A stretch of DNA of 64,000 bases from positions 1 through 64,000 of the IMG/VR virus record IMGVR_UViG_3300013121_000041; one strand, given 5' to 3'. Every line of letters begins with the position of its first letter. Within the stretch, counting starts at the first letter, position 1. The notes below the pieces were generated by a model. It was not told where the DNA came from. It did no database searches and saw only the letters and a list, made by a program, of their open reading frames with translations. The stretch comes from a virus (lineage: Duplodnaviria; Caudoviricetes). The position numbers were made by a program, and so were the translations under genes. Positions 46,053 to 54,794 of the stretch are shown piece after piece.

Positions 46053-46875
46053 TGAGGGTGTTCGGATCACCACACTTCAACTGAGATTTCCGAGGTTCAT
46101 TCTACCACAATTTAATACGCATAGGTGTTTTTCACGTTCAGCATCGTCGTCTCGTGCGATCCCCGTTGAACGCCTCATTCAGGACGTTCTGGACGATCCG
46201 GTCATCCCATCATTTTGGGGGGCGAATAAACCGGGGATGCAGGCGGACGTCGAATGCGATGAAATTGTCGTGATGAGCGACGGTAATGGCGATGACATCG
46301 AACTAGATAGGGAATTGGCGTGGCTGGAGTCCATGCGACTGGCCGTCGTCAGTGCCCGTGCGTTCTCCGCCGCTGGATACCACAAGCAGATCGTCAACCG
46401 TCTGTTGGAGCCGTTCGCTCACGTCAACGTCGTCTGTACGTCCACGCAATGGTCGAATTTTTTCGCCCTGCGCGATCATTCCGACGCACAGCCGGAAATC
46501 AGCATCCTCGCTCGTGAGATGAAACGGGTGATGGCGGCCTCGACGCCGAAACTCCTAGGTGTCGGTGAGTGGCACCTGCCGTATTGTGACGATCTGTCGA
46601 AATTCAGTGACATCGACGTTGCGATCAAGTGTTCCGTCGCCCGCTGTGCCCGTGTGTCATACGTGACGCACGACGGGAAGATTCCAAGTATAGATGCTGA
46701 TTTGAATCTGTACGACAGGCTGATCACATCCATCCCTGCCCACATGTCACCGTCGGAACATCAGGCTACCCCGGATGAACAGATCGATGGTGGGAAATGG
46801 CGGCAGTGTAAATTACACGGAAATTTCGTCGGATGGGTGCAATACAGGAAGACACTACCGAACGAATGCCTGTGA
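46012..46875 (+). CDS. thyX: Flavin-dependent thymidylate synthase (Thy1/ThyX-like)
   Basis: THR.FSRS.SSSRAIP, HKQ.VNRLLEPF, NFF.LR..AQPEI, SVARCARVSY, H.SP.EH.A. Confidence 0.85.
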   Translation: MTIVAKVVGDSISDEGVRITTLQLRFPRFILPQFNTHRCFSRSASSSRAIPVERLIQDVLDDPVIPSFWGANKPGMQADVECDEIVVMSDGNGDDIELDRELAWLESMRLAVVSARAFSAAGYHKQIVNRLLEPFAHVNVVCTSTQWSNFFALRDHSDAQPEISILAREMKRVMAASTPKLLGVGEWHLPYCDDLSKFSDIDVAIKCSVARCARVSYVTHDGKIPSIDADLNLYDRLITSIPAHMSPSEHQATPDEQIDGGKWRQCKLHGNFVGWVQYRKTLPNECL

Positions 46876-46986
46876 AGTTTCAAATAATTCGTCGGTCTAA
46901 ATATCCGACGAGCCTTCCCGCGACTAGACCACCCGACGACGCGATGATACTGTCCGTCGACGTCATCCTTTTGCATGGAGTTACCA

Positions 46987-49401
46987 ATGTCCGACAAAAT
47001 CGTCCCCCTTCCGCAAAACGCCGAATACCGGTCGCTTTATCCCGGTCTAGGTCAGGCCGTCGCTGAAAGGACGATCCTGCGAAAGGGTGTGGACGGGGTT
47101 TTGGAAAATTGGGGAGAGGTCGCCCATCGGGTGGCCCTCGGCAATTCACTCCTCTGTCGCGATCTACAGGAACAGGCGAAGGAATATCAACTTCTTCGCA
47201 AGCACATCGCCAACGGGACGACGTTGATGAGCGGCCGTCACCTACAGCACGGTGATGAAACGCAGCCGACGCGAACGGCCGACGTTTTCGTGAATTGCGC
47301 CACGTCGGCGACGAGTTTTTCGGCGTTCCTGTTATTGCTGTCCGGCGCTGGTGTCGGGAGGTCGTATGACGACGACATGATGCTCGTCGATTGGAATAAT
47401 ATGCCGAACCTTCGCGTCGTACTGTCACACACGCACGGAGATTTCGATTGGAGTGCTAATGAGAGCGTTCGTGATGCCCTGCACAAATACGGTCCGCACT
47501 CGAAGCACGTGATGTGGTTCGAAGTGCCGGACACGCGCGAGGGATGGGCACAGGCCCTCGAAGTTCTTGAAGTGGCGGCGTTCGAAAAAATTCATAAGGA
47601 CAAGATGTTGATCTTGGATTTTTCGAACGTCCGACCGAAGGGATCGCCGATCGCCGGAATGCAGGGGCGTCCGGCGTCCGGTCCGATCCCGCTGATGAAC
47701 GCCTTCATGAAGATCGCCTCGATCAAGGGCGTTGGCTATGAACCTTGGCGACAGGCGATGTACGTCGACCACTATGCGGCGGAGTGCGTTCTCGTTGGTG
47801 GTGCCCGTCGCGCCGCCCGCATGTCCACAAAGTTCTGGAAGGATAAGAACGTCGTCGATTTCATCGGGGTCAAGAGGCCGATCGAGTTTGAGGGCAAGTC
47901 TCTCGACGAGATCGTCGAATATCGACGGGACAATCCCCCGGCGTTCGGCTTCCTCTGGTCATCGAACAATTCAGTCACCGTCGACGAAGAATTTTGGAAG
48001 CTCGTCGATCTAAAGAGGACGGACGACGCCTACAATTCCGAGATCGCCAAGCACGCTCGCAAGGTCTGGAATGAGTTGACGAAGTGTGCGTTCGCCGACG
48101 GGACCGGTGAGCCGGGGATCATCAACGTGGACAAATTGGTCCGCAATGATGAGGGTTGGAACGAGATGATCGGCGACGGCAATTTCATCGGATCGAAGAA
48201 GTACCACATTCGCGAAGAGACGGAACTGTATTTGAAGCGTCTCGCCAAGAGGGCCAAGGCGAAGCGTTATCCGATGATCGTTAATCCATGCAGTGAAGTG
48301 GCCCTCTCATTGCTCAGTGGATTTTGCGTCATCGCCGACGTCGTCCCGTTTCACGCCAACGATTTGTCCGACGCCGAGGAAGCGTTTCGCACGGTGACGC
48401 GGGCGCTGATCCGCGTGAATACGATGGATTCCATCTATCATCGTGAGGTCAAACGCACGAACCGAATCGGCGTCGGGATGACCGGCGTTCATGAGTTTGC
48501 GTGGAAGTTTTTCGGCGTTGGTTTCCGCGATCTCATCGATCCAGATTTTGATGGGTTTGGTCAGGTGTGTGTAGAGACGTTCGAAGATGAAGGGAAAACC
48601 GTATCCGAAGTTATCTCCGATGTGACGAAACGAGTTCTCGCGGGTGAAAAATCCGGGTTGTCAGATCGACAGATGGCGGCGGCATTTTGGCACACGCTTG
48701 AGAAATTTAACGCGGCCGTGAATGAGGAGGCGGAAGAATATTCGAAGAAACTCGGGATGACAATTCCGCATACAATTACTGTAATAAAACCGGCTGGCTC
48801 GGTTTCGAAGTTATTCGGCTTGACCGAAGGGTGGCACCTTCCATCGATGAAGTTTTACATGCGGTGGGTGCAATTTCGCCACGACGATCCGTTGATCGAA
48901 GTGCATCGGGCGAACGGTTATCCGGTCAAGGAGTTGAAGACGTATTCTGGGACGACGATCGTCGGTTTCCCGACCGCACCGACACTTTCAACGATCATGC
49001 CGGAAGATCGTCTTGTGACGGCGGCTGAGGCGACGCCGGAAGAACAGTACGAGTGGTTGCGCCTCGGGGAGCGATACTGGATTCGTGGTTATGGTGACGT
49101 TGATCGTGGCAATCAGATTTCATTCACACTTCACTACGACGCGAAAATAGTCGATCATAAAACGTTCAAGGATACGTTGCGGAAGCATCAGCGGACGGTG
49201 AAATGTTGTTCCGTCATGCCGAAGGGAGATTCATCGTCCTATGAATATCTGCCGGAGGAGATGATCTCCAAGGCCGAATATGAGGCCGTGGCACAGGCCA
49301 TCGTCAATTCTGGTGTGACGGAAGACGTCGGGTTCGAGCATGTGGACTGTTCGACGGGGGCGTGTCCGATTTCGTGGAAGGACGACGCGGCGTCAGCCTA
49401 G
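46987..49401 (+). CDS. nrdJ: Class II (B12-dependent) ribonucleotide reductase
   Basis: SGRHL, NC, G.GVG, GG.RRAA, SNNS, GEPG, NPCSE, IGVG.TG, IKPAGSVS, C-terminal C..GACP; no small subunit in the window. Confidence 0.88.
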   Translation: MSDKIVPLPQNAEYRSLYPGLGQAVAERTILRKGVDGVLENWGEVAHRVALGNSLLCRDLQEQAKEYQLLRKHIANGTTLMSGRHLQHGDETQPTRTADVFVNCATSATSFSAFLLLLSGAGVGRSYDDDMMLVDWNNMPNLRVVLSHTHGDFDWSANESVRDALHKYGPHSKHVMWFEVPDTREGWAQALEVLEVAAFEKIHKDKMLILDFSNVRPKGSPIAGMQGRPASGPIPLMNAFMKIASIKGVGYEPWRQAMYVDHYAAECVLVGGARRAARMSTKFWKDKNVVDFIGVKRPIEFEGKSLDEIVEYRRDNPPAFGFLWSSNNSVTVDEEFWKLVDLKRTDDAYNSEIAKHARKVWNELTKCAFADGTGEPGIINVDKLVRNDEGWNEMIGDGNFIGSKKYHIREETELYLKRLAKRAKAKRYPMIVNPCSEVALSLLSGFCVIADVVPFHANDLSDAEEAFRTVTRALIRVNTMDSIYHREVKRTNRIGVGMTGVHEFAWKFFGVGFRDLIDPDFDGFGQVCVETFEDEGKTVSEVISDVTKRVLAGEKSGLSDRQMAAAFWHTLEKFNAAVNEEAEEYSKKLGMTIPHTITVIKPAGSVSKLFGLTEGWHLPSMKFYMRWVQFRHDDPLIEVHRANGYPVKELKTYSGTTIVGFPTAPTLSTIMPEDRLVTAAEATPEEQYEWLRLGERYWIRGYGDVDRGNQISFTLHYDAKIVDHKTFKDTLRKHQRTVKCCSVMPKGDSSSYEYLPEEMISKAEYEAVAQAIVNSGVTEDVGFEHVDCSTGACPISWKDDAASA

Positions 49402-49893
49402 GAGATCGCCGAAATTTTTAGCGATGGCCCGGCCATCGACGATCCGCTGCGTCTGCGTTCGATATTTTCCGATCGCATCGTTGTACCAACGGCCGTCGAT
49501 GAGGGAGACGTGGGCAAACTGATACCGTAATTCGGTGAAATTGGTGTCGCCGCGCGTTAGGTGGAGCGAGAGGATGTGGCGTTCGTATTCGGACGCCCCA
49601 TTCTTCTCGATGTCACTTTTCAGGCGGGTACTGGAACCCCAATAGGTCTTCCAATCTGACTCCTTCCTCGTTCGCCTCCTGTCGGTTTTTTTCTTTCGAA
49701 CGACGTTGTAGAAATACTTCCGACCGATGTACCGGCGGCCGGTTTCCTTGTGAAGGATGAGGTAGACGAAGCCTTCGAAATCCCCGATTTGGTCTTCGGT
49801 GAAGGGGACACCACCGTACAGCCACGGCGGTTCGACGGCGTCAATCTTCTTCAATTTCTTCGTCCTTTTCGACGAACGTTTCGTTCGAATCAT
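49393..49893 (-). CDS. GIY-YIG-family nuclease
   Basis: GFVYLI..TGRRYIGRK..ESDWKTYWGSS. Confidence 0.75.
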   Translation of the reverse strand: MIRTKRSSKRTKKLKKIDAVEPPWLYGGVPFTEDQIGDFEGFVYLILHKETGRRYIGRKYFYNVVRKKKTDRRRTRKESDWKTYWGSSTRLKSDIEKNGASEYERHILSLHLTRGDTNFTELRYQFAHVSLIDGRWYNDAIGKYRTQTQRIVDGRAIAKNFGDLLG

Positions 49894-50070
49894 CTAGAGA
49901 AATTCCACAAAAGGGGCACCAATCCGGCGTTTCCACTTCATTTTCGGACTTCCACGATACCGTGTATTCGTAGGAGCCGCAGGGACATTCGACGGTCCTT
50001 TTCTTCATCTGTTGACTTTACTCCATTTATGGGTCAGAATCCCTTTACTTATAATTTTCAGGAGATTGCC

Positions 50071-50346
50071 GTGGCCTCGTCAGCGTCGTTCGCCGCCAAT
50101 ACCGTCTTCAAAATCGAATACGGTGATTCCGTAGCCGTTTTGGACCTCGATGAGGTTTCGATGATCGTCTGTACCGACACGGCGTTCATCGTCTATTTCA
50201 AGACGGGACAGGAATTCGAGATTACGATTGAGGAGATCGAGGTACGGGAATATTTCAATACGGCGGTGAAGGATATGTATTCAAGAATGAAGAAACGTCG
50301 GGAGATCGACGTTGAAAATTTCGGAAAATTCATCGTTGGAGGTTGA
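50071..50346 (+). CDS. Hypothetical protein
   Basis: GTG after AGGAG; TTGACT..CAGAAT upstream. Confidence 0.5.
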   Translation: MASSASFAANTVFKIEYGDSVAVLDLDEVSMIVCTDTAFIVYFKTGQEFEITIEEIEVREYFNTAVKDMYSRMKKRREIDVENFGKFIVGG

Positions 50347-50699
50347 CCGTGCGTGTTATTATCGCTGGTTCTCGCTGGATCGGTGATCAGCGTTTCGTTG
50401 ATGAAGCTGTGAGCGAGAGTGGTTTCACCATCGACACCGTCGTTTCTGGTGGTGCCCGTGGCGTCGACCGTCTAGGTGAGCGCTGGTCGAAGGTTAATGG
50501 GACGAAGCTGTCCGTATTCCCCGCTGATTGGGCGAAGTACGGGAACGCCGCAGGGCCTATCCGTAATCGTCAGATGGGCGATTATGCCGATGCCCTGATC
50601 GCAGTCTGGGACGGTAAGTCTTCGGGGACGAAGGACATGATCGATTACATGAAGAAATTGGGCAAGCCGGTGTACGTCAAGGTGATGGGTGATAGATGA
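50343..50699 (+). CDS. SLOG (YspA/DUF2493) protein
   Basis: IIAGSR, SGGARGVD, FPADW..G.AAGPIRN..M..DALIA.WDG.S.GT..MI. Confidence 0.85.
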   Translation: MTVRVIIAGSRWIGDQRFVDEAVSESGFTIDTVVSGGARGVDRLGERWSKVNGTKLSVFPADWAKYGNAAGPIRNRQMGDYADALIAVWDGKSSGTKDMIDYMKKLGKPVYVKVMGDR

Positions 50700-50881
50700 T
50701 TGACGCCGACGAAGCGACCGTCATTTTTGGATCGCCTGCCGGTGGGGTCGTGCGTGTGATGCCGGTGATGTTGCCGTTTCCGTCGGAGTCGTGTCTGACG
50801 ATCGCCGTCATGGATTCAGATGGAAACGTGACGATACGAACGGAAGTTCCGAAGGGCGATGACGATGACGAAGGTCATTAA
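50696..50881 (+). CDS. Hypothetical protein
   Basis: Coupled short ORF. Confidence 0.4.
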   Translation: MIDADEATVIFGSPAGGVVRVMPVMLPFPSESCLTIAVMDSDGNVTIRTEVPKGDDDDEGH

Positions 50882-51401
50882 CTTCAGCGGTGGCCCGGCC
50901 GCTGGTAAGACGACGATGGCAGCCGAACTTTTCGGCCACATGAAGCGAAATCGTCTTAACGTCGAGTACGTTTCAGAATTTGCCAAAGACTTGGTGTGGC
51001 GATCGTCGAATTCTTTGGAAGATCAGGTTTACGTTTTCGGACAGCAACATCATCGTCTGTACATGTTACTAAATCGCGTTGATTGGATCATCACAGACTC
51101 CCCCCTTTTCCTATCGGCGTTTTACGTGTCGGGAGCGATGGGAAAATTTGGTCATAAATTGGATGAATGGAAGGACGAATTTTCCAACGTCGTCTTTCAC
51201 ACTTTCAATCTATATGAAAATCTAAATTTTTTCGTCGATCGTGTTGGCCGTAAATTCATTCAGGCTGGTCGCAACGAAGACGAGGAAACGTCGAAGTCGT
51301 ATGACGTTAAAATACGACGTATGATGGACGATCGGGGCATACCGTACACGGTCGTCCGCACCGTCGAAGAGGTCGTAGATCGAATCGGTCCGGTGATTTA
51401 A
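50859..51401 (+). CDS. NadR-like P-loop kinase/ATPase
   Basis: INFSGGPAAGKTT, EY.SEFAKD..W, TDSP, GR. Confidence 0.72.
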   Translation: MTMTKVINFSGGPAAGKTTMAAELFGHMKRNRLNVEYVSEFAKDLVWRSSNSLEDQVYVFGQQHHRLYMLLNRVDWIITDSPLFLSAFYVSGAMGKFGHKLDEWKDEFSNVVFHTFNLYENLNFFVDRVGRKFIQAGRNEDEETSKSYDVKIRRMMDDRGIPYTVVRTVEEVVDRIGPVI

Positions 51402-51417
51402 TTCAACAGGAGATAAC

Positions 51418-51720
51418 GTGAAACAGAAAGCAAAATCTAGGCGCTTCGATCCGAGAACGAGTCGGGCCGCCGCCCGTTCCGTCAGGGACGATACCGTCAC
51501 CCGTCTTGAGGGCATGATTCACAAGGCCATCGCCAAGCGCGGTAAGAAGGGGGCCACTTGGGACGAGGTTCATCGTCTCACGAAAATCGACAAGGCGTCG
51601 ATCTCCCCACGCTTCAAGCCGATGCGTGACAAGGGTCTTATTTTCGCCAAGGAAGACGACGGCGGTCCGATCAAGCGTCCGGGAAATTCCGGTCGTGGTC
51701 AGATCGTCTGGTTTGCCTGA
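51418..51720 (+). CDS. Putative HTH DNA-binding protein
   Basis: DPRTS.AAA, GAT.DEV..SISPR..L..GR..IVW. Confidence 0.6.
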   Translation: MKQKAKSRRFDPRTSRAAARSVRDDTVTRLEGMIHKAIAKRGKKGATWDEVHRLTKIDKASISPRFKPMRDKGLIFAKEDDGGPIKRPGNSGRGQIVWFA

Positions 51721-51753
51721 TCATCGTCAAGATTTGCCTGATCATCGTCAAGA
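51712..51753 (+). repeat. 21-bp tandem duplication TTTGCCTGATCATCGTCAAGA x2
   Basis: Directly visible; spans the stop codon of the HTH gene. Confidence 0.85.
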
Positions 51754-51800
51754 TGGGTCGTGGCGTTCGTTACGACCCATCGCAACTCAAGGAGATCGCG

Positions 51801-52004
51801 ATGTACTATGTGATGAACGATGATAATGTGTCGTCATGGTCGGACGAAGTTTTAGATAAGGCCGAGATGTTCGAACGGGAAGAGGCGGCCGTGGCGCGGG
51901 CCAAAGCATTGTCGAAGGATTGCCCCGGTAAGGAATTTTTCGTCGCCAAACGGATCGCGCGGATTTTCACACCGATCGGCGATACGATGGTCGGCGTCGT
52001 ATGA
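51801..52004 (+). CDS. Hypothetical protein
   Basis: AAGGAG RBS before MYYVMND. Confidence 0.55.
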   Translation: MYYVMNDDNVSSWSDEVLDKAEMFEREEAAVARAKALSKDCPGKEFFVAKRIARIFTPIGDTMVGVV

Positions 52005-52816
52005 GACTTTTCGTTGGGGTATCTCCCGATGGACAGGATGCGGAATCGCAGGCGGTCCTTGAGTGGACCGTCAGGAAATGGTCGTCCGTTCCGATTGACA
52101 TCGTCTGGATGACCGTTTCCCGCGATCCGAATTCTTTCTGGTATTCGGAACCGGAGAAGGGGGCCGGGTGGCAGACGCAGCTTTGGTCGACGCCCTTCTC
52201 TGGATTTCGTTGGGCGATACCGGAGTTTTGCGGTTTCGAAGGCCGGGCGATGTATTGTGACTCCGATTTTATCTTCATGGCCGATGTTGCCGAATTGTGG
52301 CGACAGCCGATGAAAGGGAAAGTCGTCATTGCCAAGGGCGGGGACAACGGCTGGCGTTTTTGTTCCTGTCTGTGGGATTGTGCGGCGGCGAAGGGTCACG
52401 TCCTTCCGTTGGCGGCATTGAAGAAGGCTGATGGACATCGTCGGATGATCGCCCATTTCAGTGGTAATCGGGATTTGGTGGAACCTTTCATCGGAAACTG
52501 GAATTGTGTTGACGTGGAGGGTTACGAGGACGTCCTCGATCCTGAAATCAAGGCACATCATTATTCGTCCATGAACCATCAGTTGCACGTCAAACATGCC
52601 CTCCCCCGTCTCACCGCAGAAGGACGGAGACACTGGTTCGATGGTGTCGTCACCCCTCATTGGCGGGAGGATTATCAGAAGTTGTTCGACGACCTTCTGG
52701 TTGAAGCCACTGAAAATGGATACGGCATCGAACGTTACACTGCCGTCGAGCCTTACGGTAAACAGATCAAGTTGACGCAGGCCGACTATCGTCATGCACA
52801 TGAATGGGTCAAATGA
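52001..52816 (+). CDS. GT-A glycosyltransferase (GT8-like)
   Basis: FVG, TPFSGFRWAIP..GRAMYCDSDF (DxD), WNC.D, HY. Confidence 0.75.
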   Translation: MRLFVGVSPDGQDAESQAVLEWTVRKWSSVPIDIVWMTVSRDPNSFWYSEPEKGAGWQTQLWSTPFSGFRWAIPEFCGFEGRAMYCDSDFIFMADVAELWRQPMKGKVVIAKGGDNGWRFCSCLWDCAAAKGHVLPLAALKKADGHRRMIAHFSGNRDLVEPFIGNWNCVDVEGYEDVLDPEIKAHHYSSMNHQLHVKHALPRLTAEGRRHWFDGVVTPHWREDYQKLFDDLLVEATENGYGIERYTAVEPYGKQIKLTQADYRHAHEWVK

Positions 52817-52970
52817 TGAAACTCCCCATCGAAGATCGTTTTGTTCGTATGGCCGATGAAGAGGATTTGGATCGACGGTGGCCGTTCGACACTCCAATCG
52901 TCATCCGCGAATTGCGTGAGTTGAGTTTTTGGGATAAGGTGAGACTGACGTTGATCATTTGGAGGGCATC

Positions 52971-53435
52971 GTGAAATCAAAGTTCAAGGTCTATCTCGCC
53001 GGGGCCATCTCAGGACAATCGTGGGGTGTTTCGACGGACTGGCGCAATGACGCCGTCCGCCTTCTCGATGATTACAGTGGTGGTCGTATTGAGGGGTACT
53101 CGCCTTTGAGGGCGAAGGATTTTCTCAAGAGCGTCGACGCCATTGCCGATAGTTACGCCGATCATCCGTTGGCTACGTCCAGAGGGATCATGACGCGCGA
53201 CCATTACGACTGTCAATCCGCCGATCTGGTTTTCGTTAATCTCTCGGGGGCCAGCAAGGTTTCCATCGGTACGGTGATGGAAATCGCGTGGGCATATGCC
53301 TATCGAACGCCGATCATCATGGTGCGCGATGAGAGCGGGGCGCACGATCATGCGATGATCAACGAGGCCGTCTGTTATTGGGCCGATGACGTTGAAGATG
53401 CCTGTGCCCTCGCTGCGAAGATATTGTTGCCCTGA
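52971..53435 (+). CDS. Nucleoside 2-deoxyribosyltransferase-like
   Basis: VYLAGAI, WR, RD..D...D, SIGT.MEI.WA. Confidence 0.8.
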   Translation: MKSKFKVYLAGAISGQSWGVSTDWRNDAVRLLDDYSGGRIEGYSPLRAKDFLKSVDAIADSYADHPLATSRGIMTRDHYDCQSADLVFVNLSGASKVSIGTVMEIAWAYAYRTPIIMVRDESGAHDHAMINEAVCYWADDVEDACALAAKILLP

Positions 53436-53686
53436 TGCCGTACATCAAAGAGGAAGATCGTGAACGACTCGCGTCCGGGTTGCCGATGTTGCAACCCGGA
53501 GAGTTGAATTACGCCATCACGATGCTCGTCGATGAATATATAAAGACGCACGGCGAGAGTTATCGAATTTTCAACGACGTCATCGGGGCGCTCGAATGTT
53601 CGAAACTTGAGGTCTATCGTCGTCTGATTGCTCCTTATGAAAATGGGAAGATCGAGGAAAATGGAGACGTGTTCGATGACCGATGA
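53435..53686 (+). CDS. Conserved phage protein (DUF6899-like)
   Basis: MPYIK..R, GELNY.IT, N..IGALEC.KLE.YRR...PYE..K..ENGDV. Confidence 0.75.
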   Translation: MPYIKEEDRERLASGLPMLQPGELNYAITMLVDEYIKTHGESYRIFNDVIGALECSKLEVYRRLIAPYENGKIEENGDVFDDR

Positions 53687-53915
53687 TCACATTAAGTTAA
53701 TCGATGAAGTTACGAAGGATCACCCTCCGGTAAAGGATGGGTATGTTAGAATCTACGAGGACCACACGTATCGCTATTATACGGATTTCACAAAGGAAGA
53801 AATTCAGACGATGGTGGACGATCCTCTGTACAAACTTTTACAGGAAGAAATTACGAAAGTGATTAATGAGGAAATCATCAAGAAGATGATGGGTGTGAAT
53901 GATGAAAAAGTTTGA
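53676..53915 (+). CDS. Hypothetical protein
   Basis: Coupled short ORF. Confidence 0.5.
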   Translation: MTDDHIKLIDEVTKDHPPVKDGYVRIYEDHTYRYYTDFTKEEIQTMVDDPLYKLLQEEITKVINEEIIKKMMGVNDEKV

Positions 53916-54054
53916 TTTCGAGAAACATCTATACAGACAGCGTGAATTTTCCGAGAGAACTTTTGGTCCCGGAGCGAGGACCGCTGGCGTCGTCGATTGG
54001 AGAACGGCACCCGCTGATAAGGCGATCGAACATGTCGACGATGGTGCACGATGA
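53899..54054 (+). pseudogene. Internally deleted DUF550-like (nucleotide pyrophosphohydrolase) remnant
   Basis: MMKKFDFEKHLYRQREFSERTFGPGARTAGVVD|WRTAPADKAIEHV: both family ends are joined and the core is missing. Confidence 0.6.
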
Positions 54055-54794
54055 AACCGACGTTGTACGCCGCCTGTGATTTTTCATATTTTTGTGATCA
54101 TGGTTACGCTCTGGCGAAGTCGGCGGCCGATAACAACATGAAGATCGTCATCGAAATGTTCCCGACGCTCGACGGTGATTATGTTTCCATGTTCGACCGC
54201 TTCTTCGCCAATTGGGTGACGAAACGCGACGAAGCCATATTTGAACACGTCGATCTGCGTGGGGCCGACGAGAAATTATTCACCGATCTTCTCACGACAC
54301 TGACGATCGAAGATCGTAGGGCATTTTACGCCTGCTATCGTTTTCTCGCTGCCCCGAGGTGGTTGCACGACGACGACAACATCCTCATCATCGATGCTGA
54401 TTCGATCATTCGAAATCCCGTTGAGTTGCCGGACGGTTTCGACCTAGGTCTGTATCTTCGTGAGGGTAATGTCGTCGGTGCTAACACGTGGGAAGTCGAG
54501 GGGATGAAGGTCGCCGCCGGGGCCGTGTTCTTGACGCGGCGGGCGTCGGCGTTCGCCGTCGACGTCGCCAATCACATCATCTATAATCCGGTCAAATGGT
54601 TCGCAGATCAGGCCGCCCTTTGGGCTGCCTACGGCAAATACAAGGATACGTTGAATGTGGTTCGGCTCGACGAGTTGCCGGTCGTCGATTGGGATTTCAT
54701 TGATGGGACCATGATCTGGACGGGGAAGGGGCGGAGAAAATTCGATGATCCTAAGTATGTAGCGGCGAAGGCGACGATCGATGCCCTTGAGTAA
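54051..54794 (+). CDS. Putative nucleotide-diphospho-sugar transferase (GT-A)
   Basis: ACD..YF, YAC.RFL, IIDAD, AAG, WF.DQ.AL, IWTGKG. Confidence 0.6.
   Translation: MKPTLYAACDFSYFCDHGYALAKSAADNNMKIVIEMFPTLDGDYVSMFDRFFANWVTKRDEAIFEHVDLRGADEKLFTDLLTTLTIEDRRAFYACYRFLAAPRWLHDDDNILIIDADSIIRNPVELPDGFDLGLYLREGNVVGANTWEVEGMKVAAGAVFLTRRASAFAVDVANHIIYNPVKWFADQAALWAAYGKYKDTLNVVRLDELPVVDWDFIDGTMIWTGKGRRKFDDPKYVAAKATIDALE

Noticed and set aside
46876-46986. Cobalamin riboswitch or NrdR box upstream of nrdJ
   Set aside because: The region is short and I could not recognise a B12-box or NrdR consensus.
49393-49893. Mobile homing endonuclease or intron at nrdJ
   Set aside because: Free-standing and convergent; nrdJ is uninterrupted and the ORF lacks an obvious DNA-binding tail.
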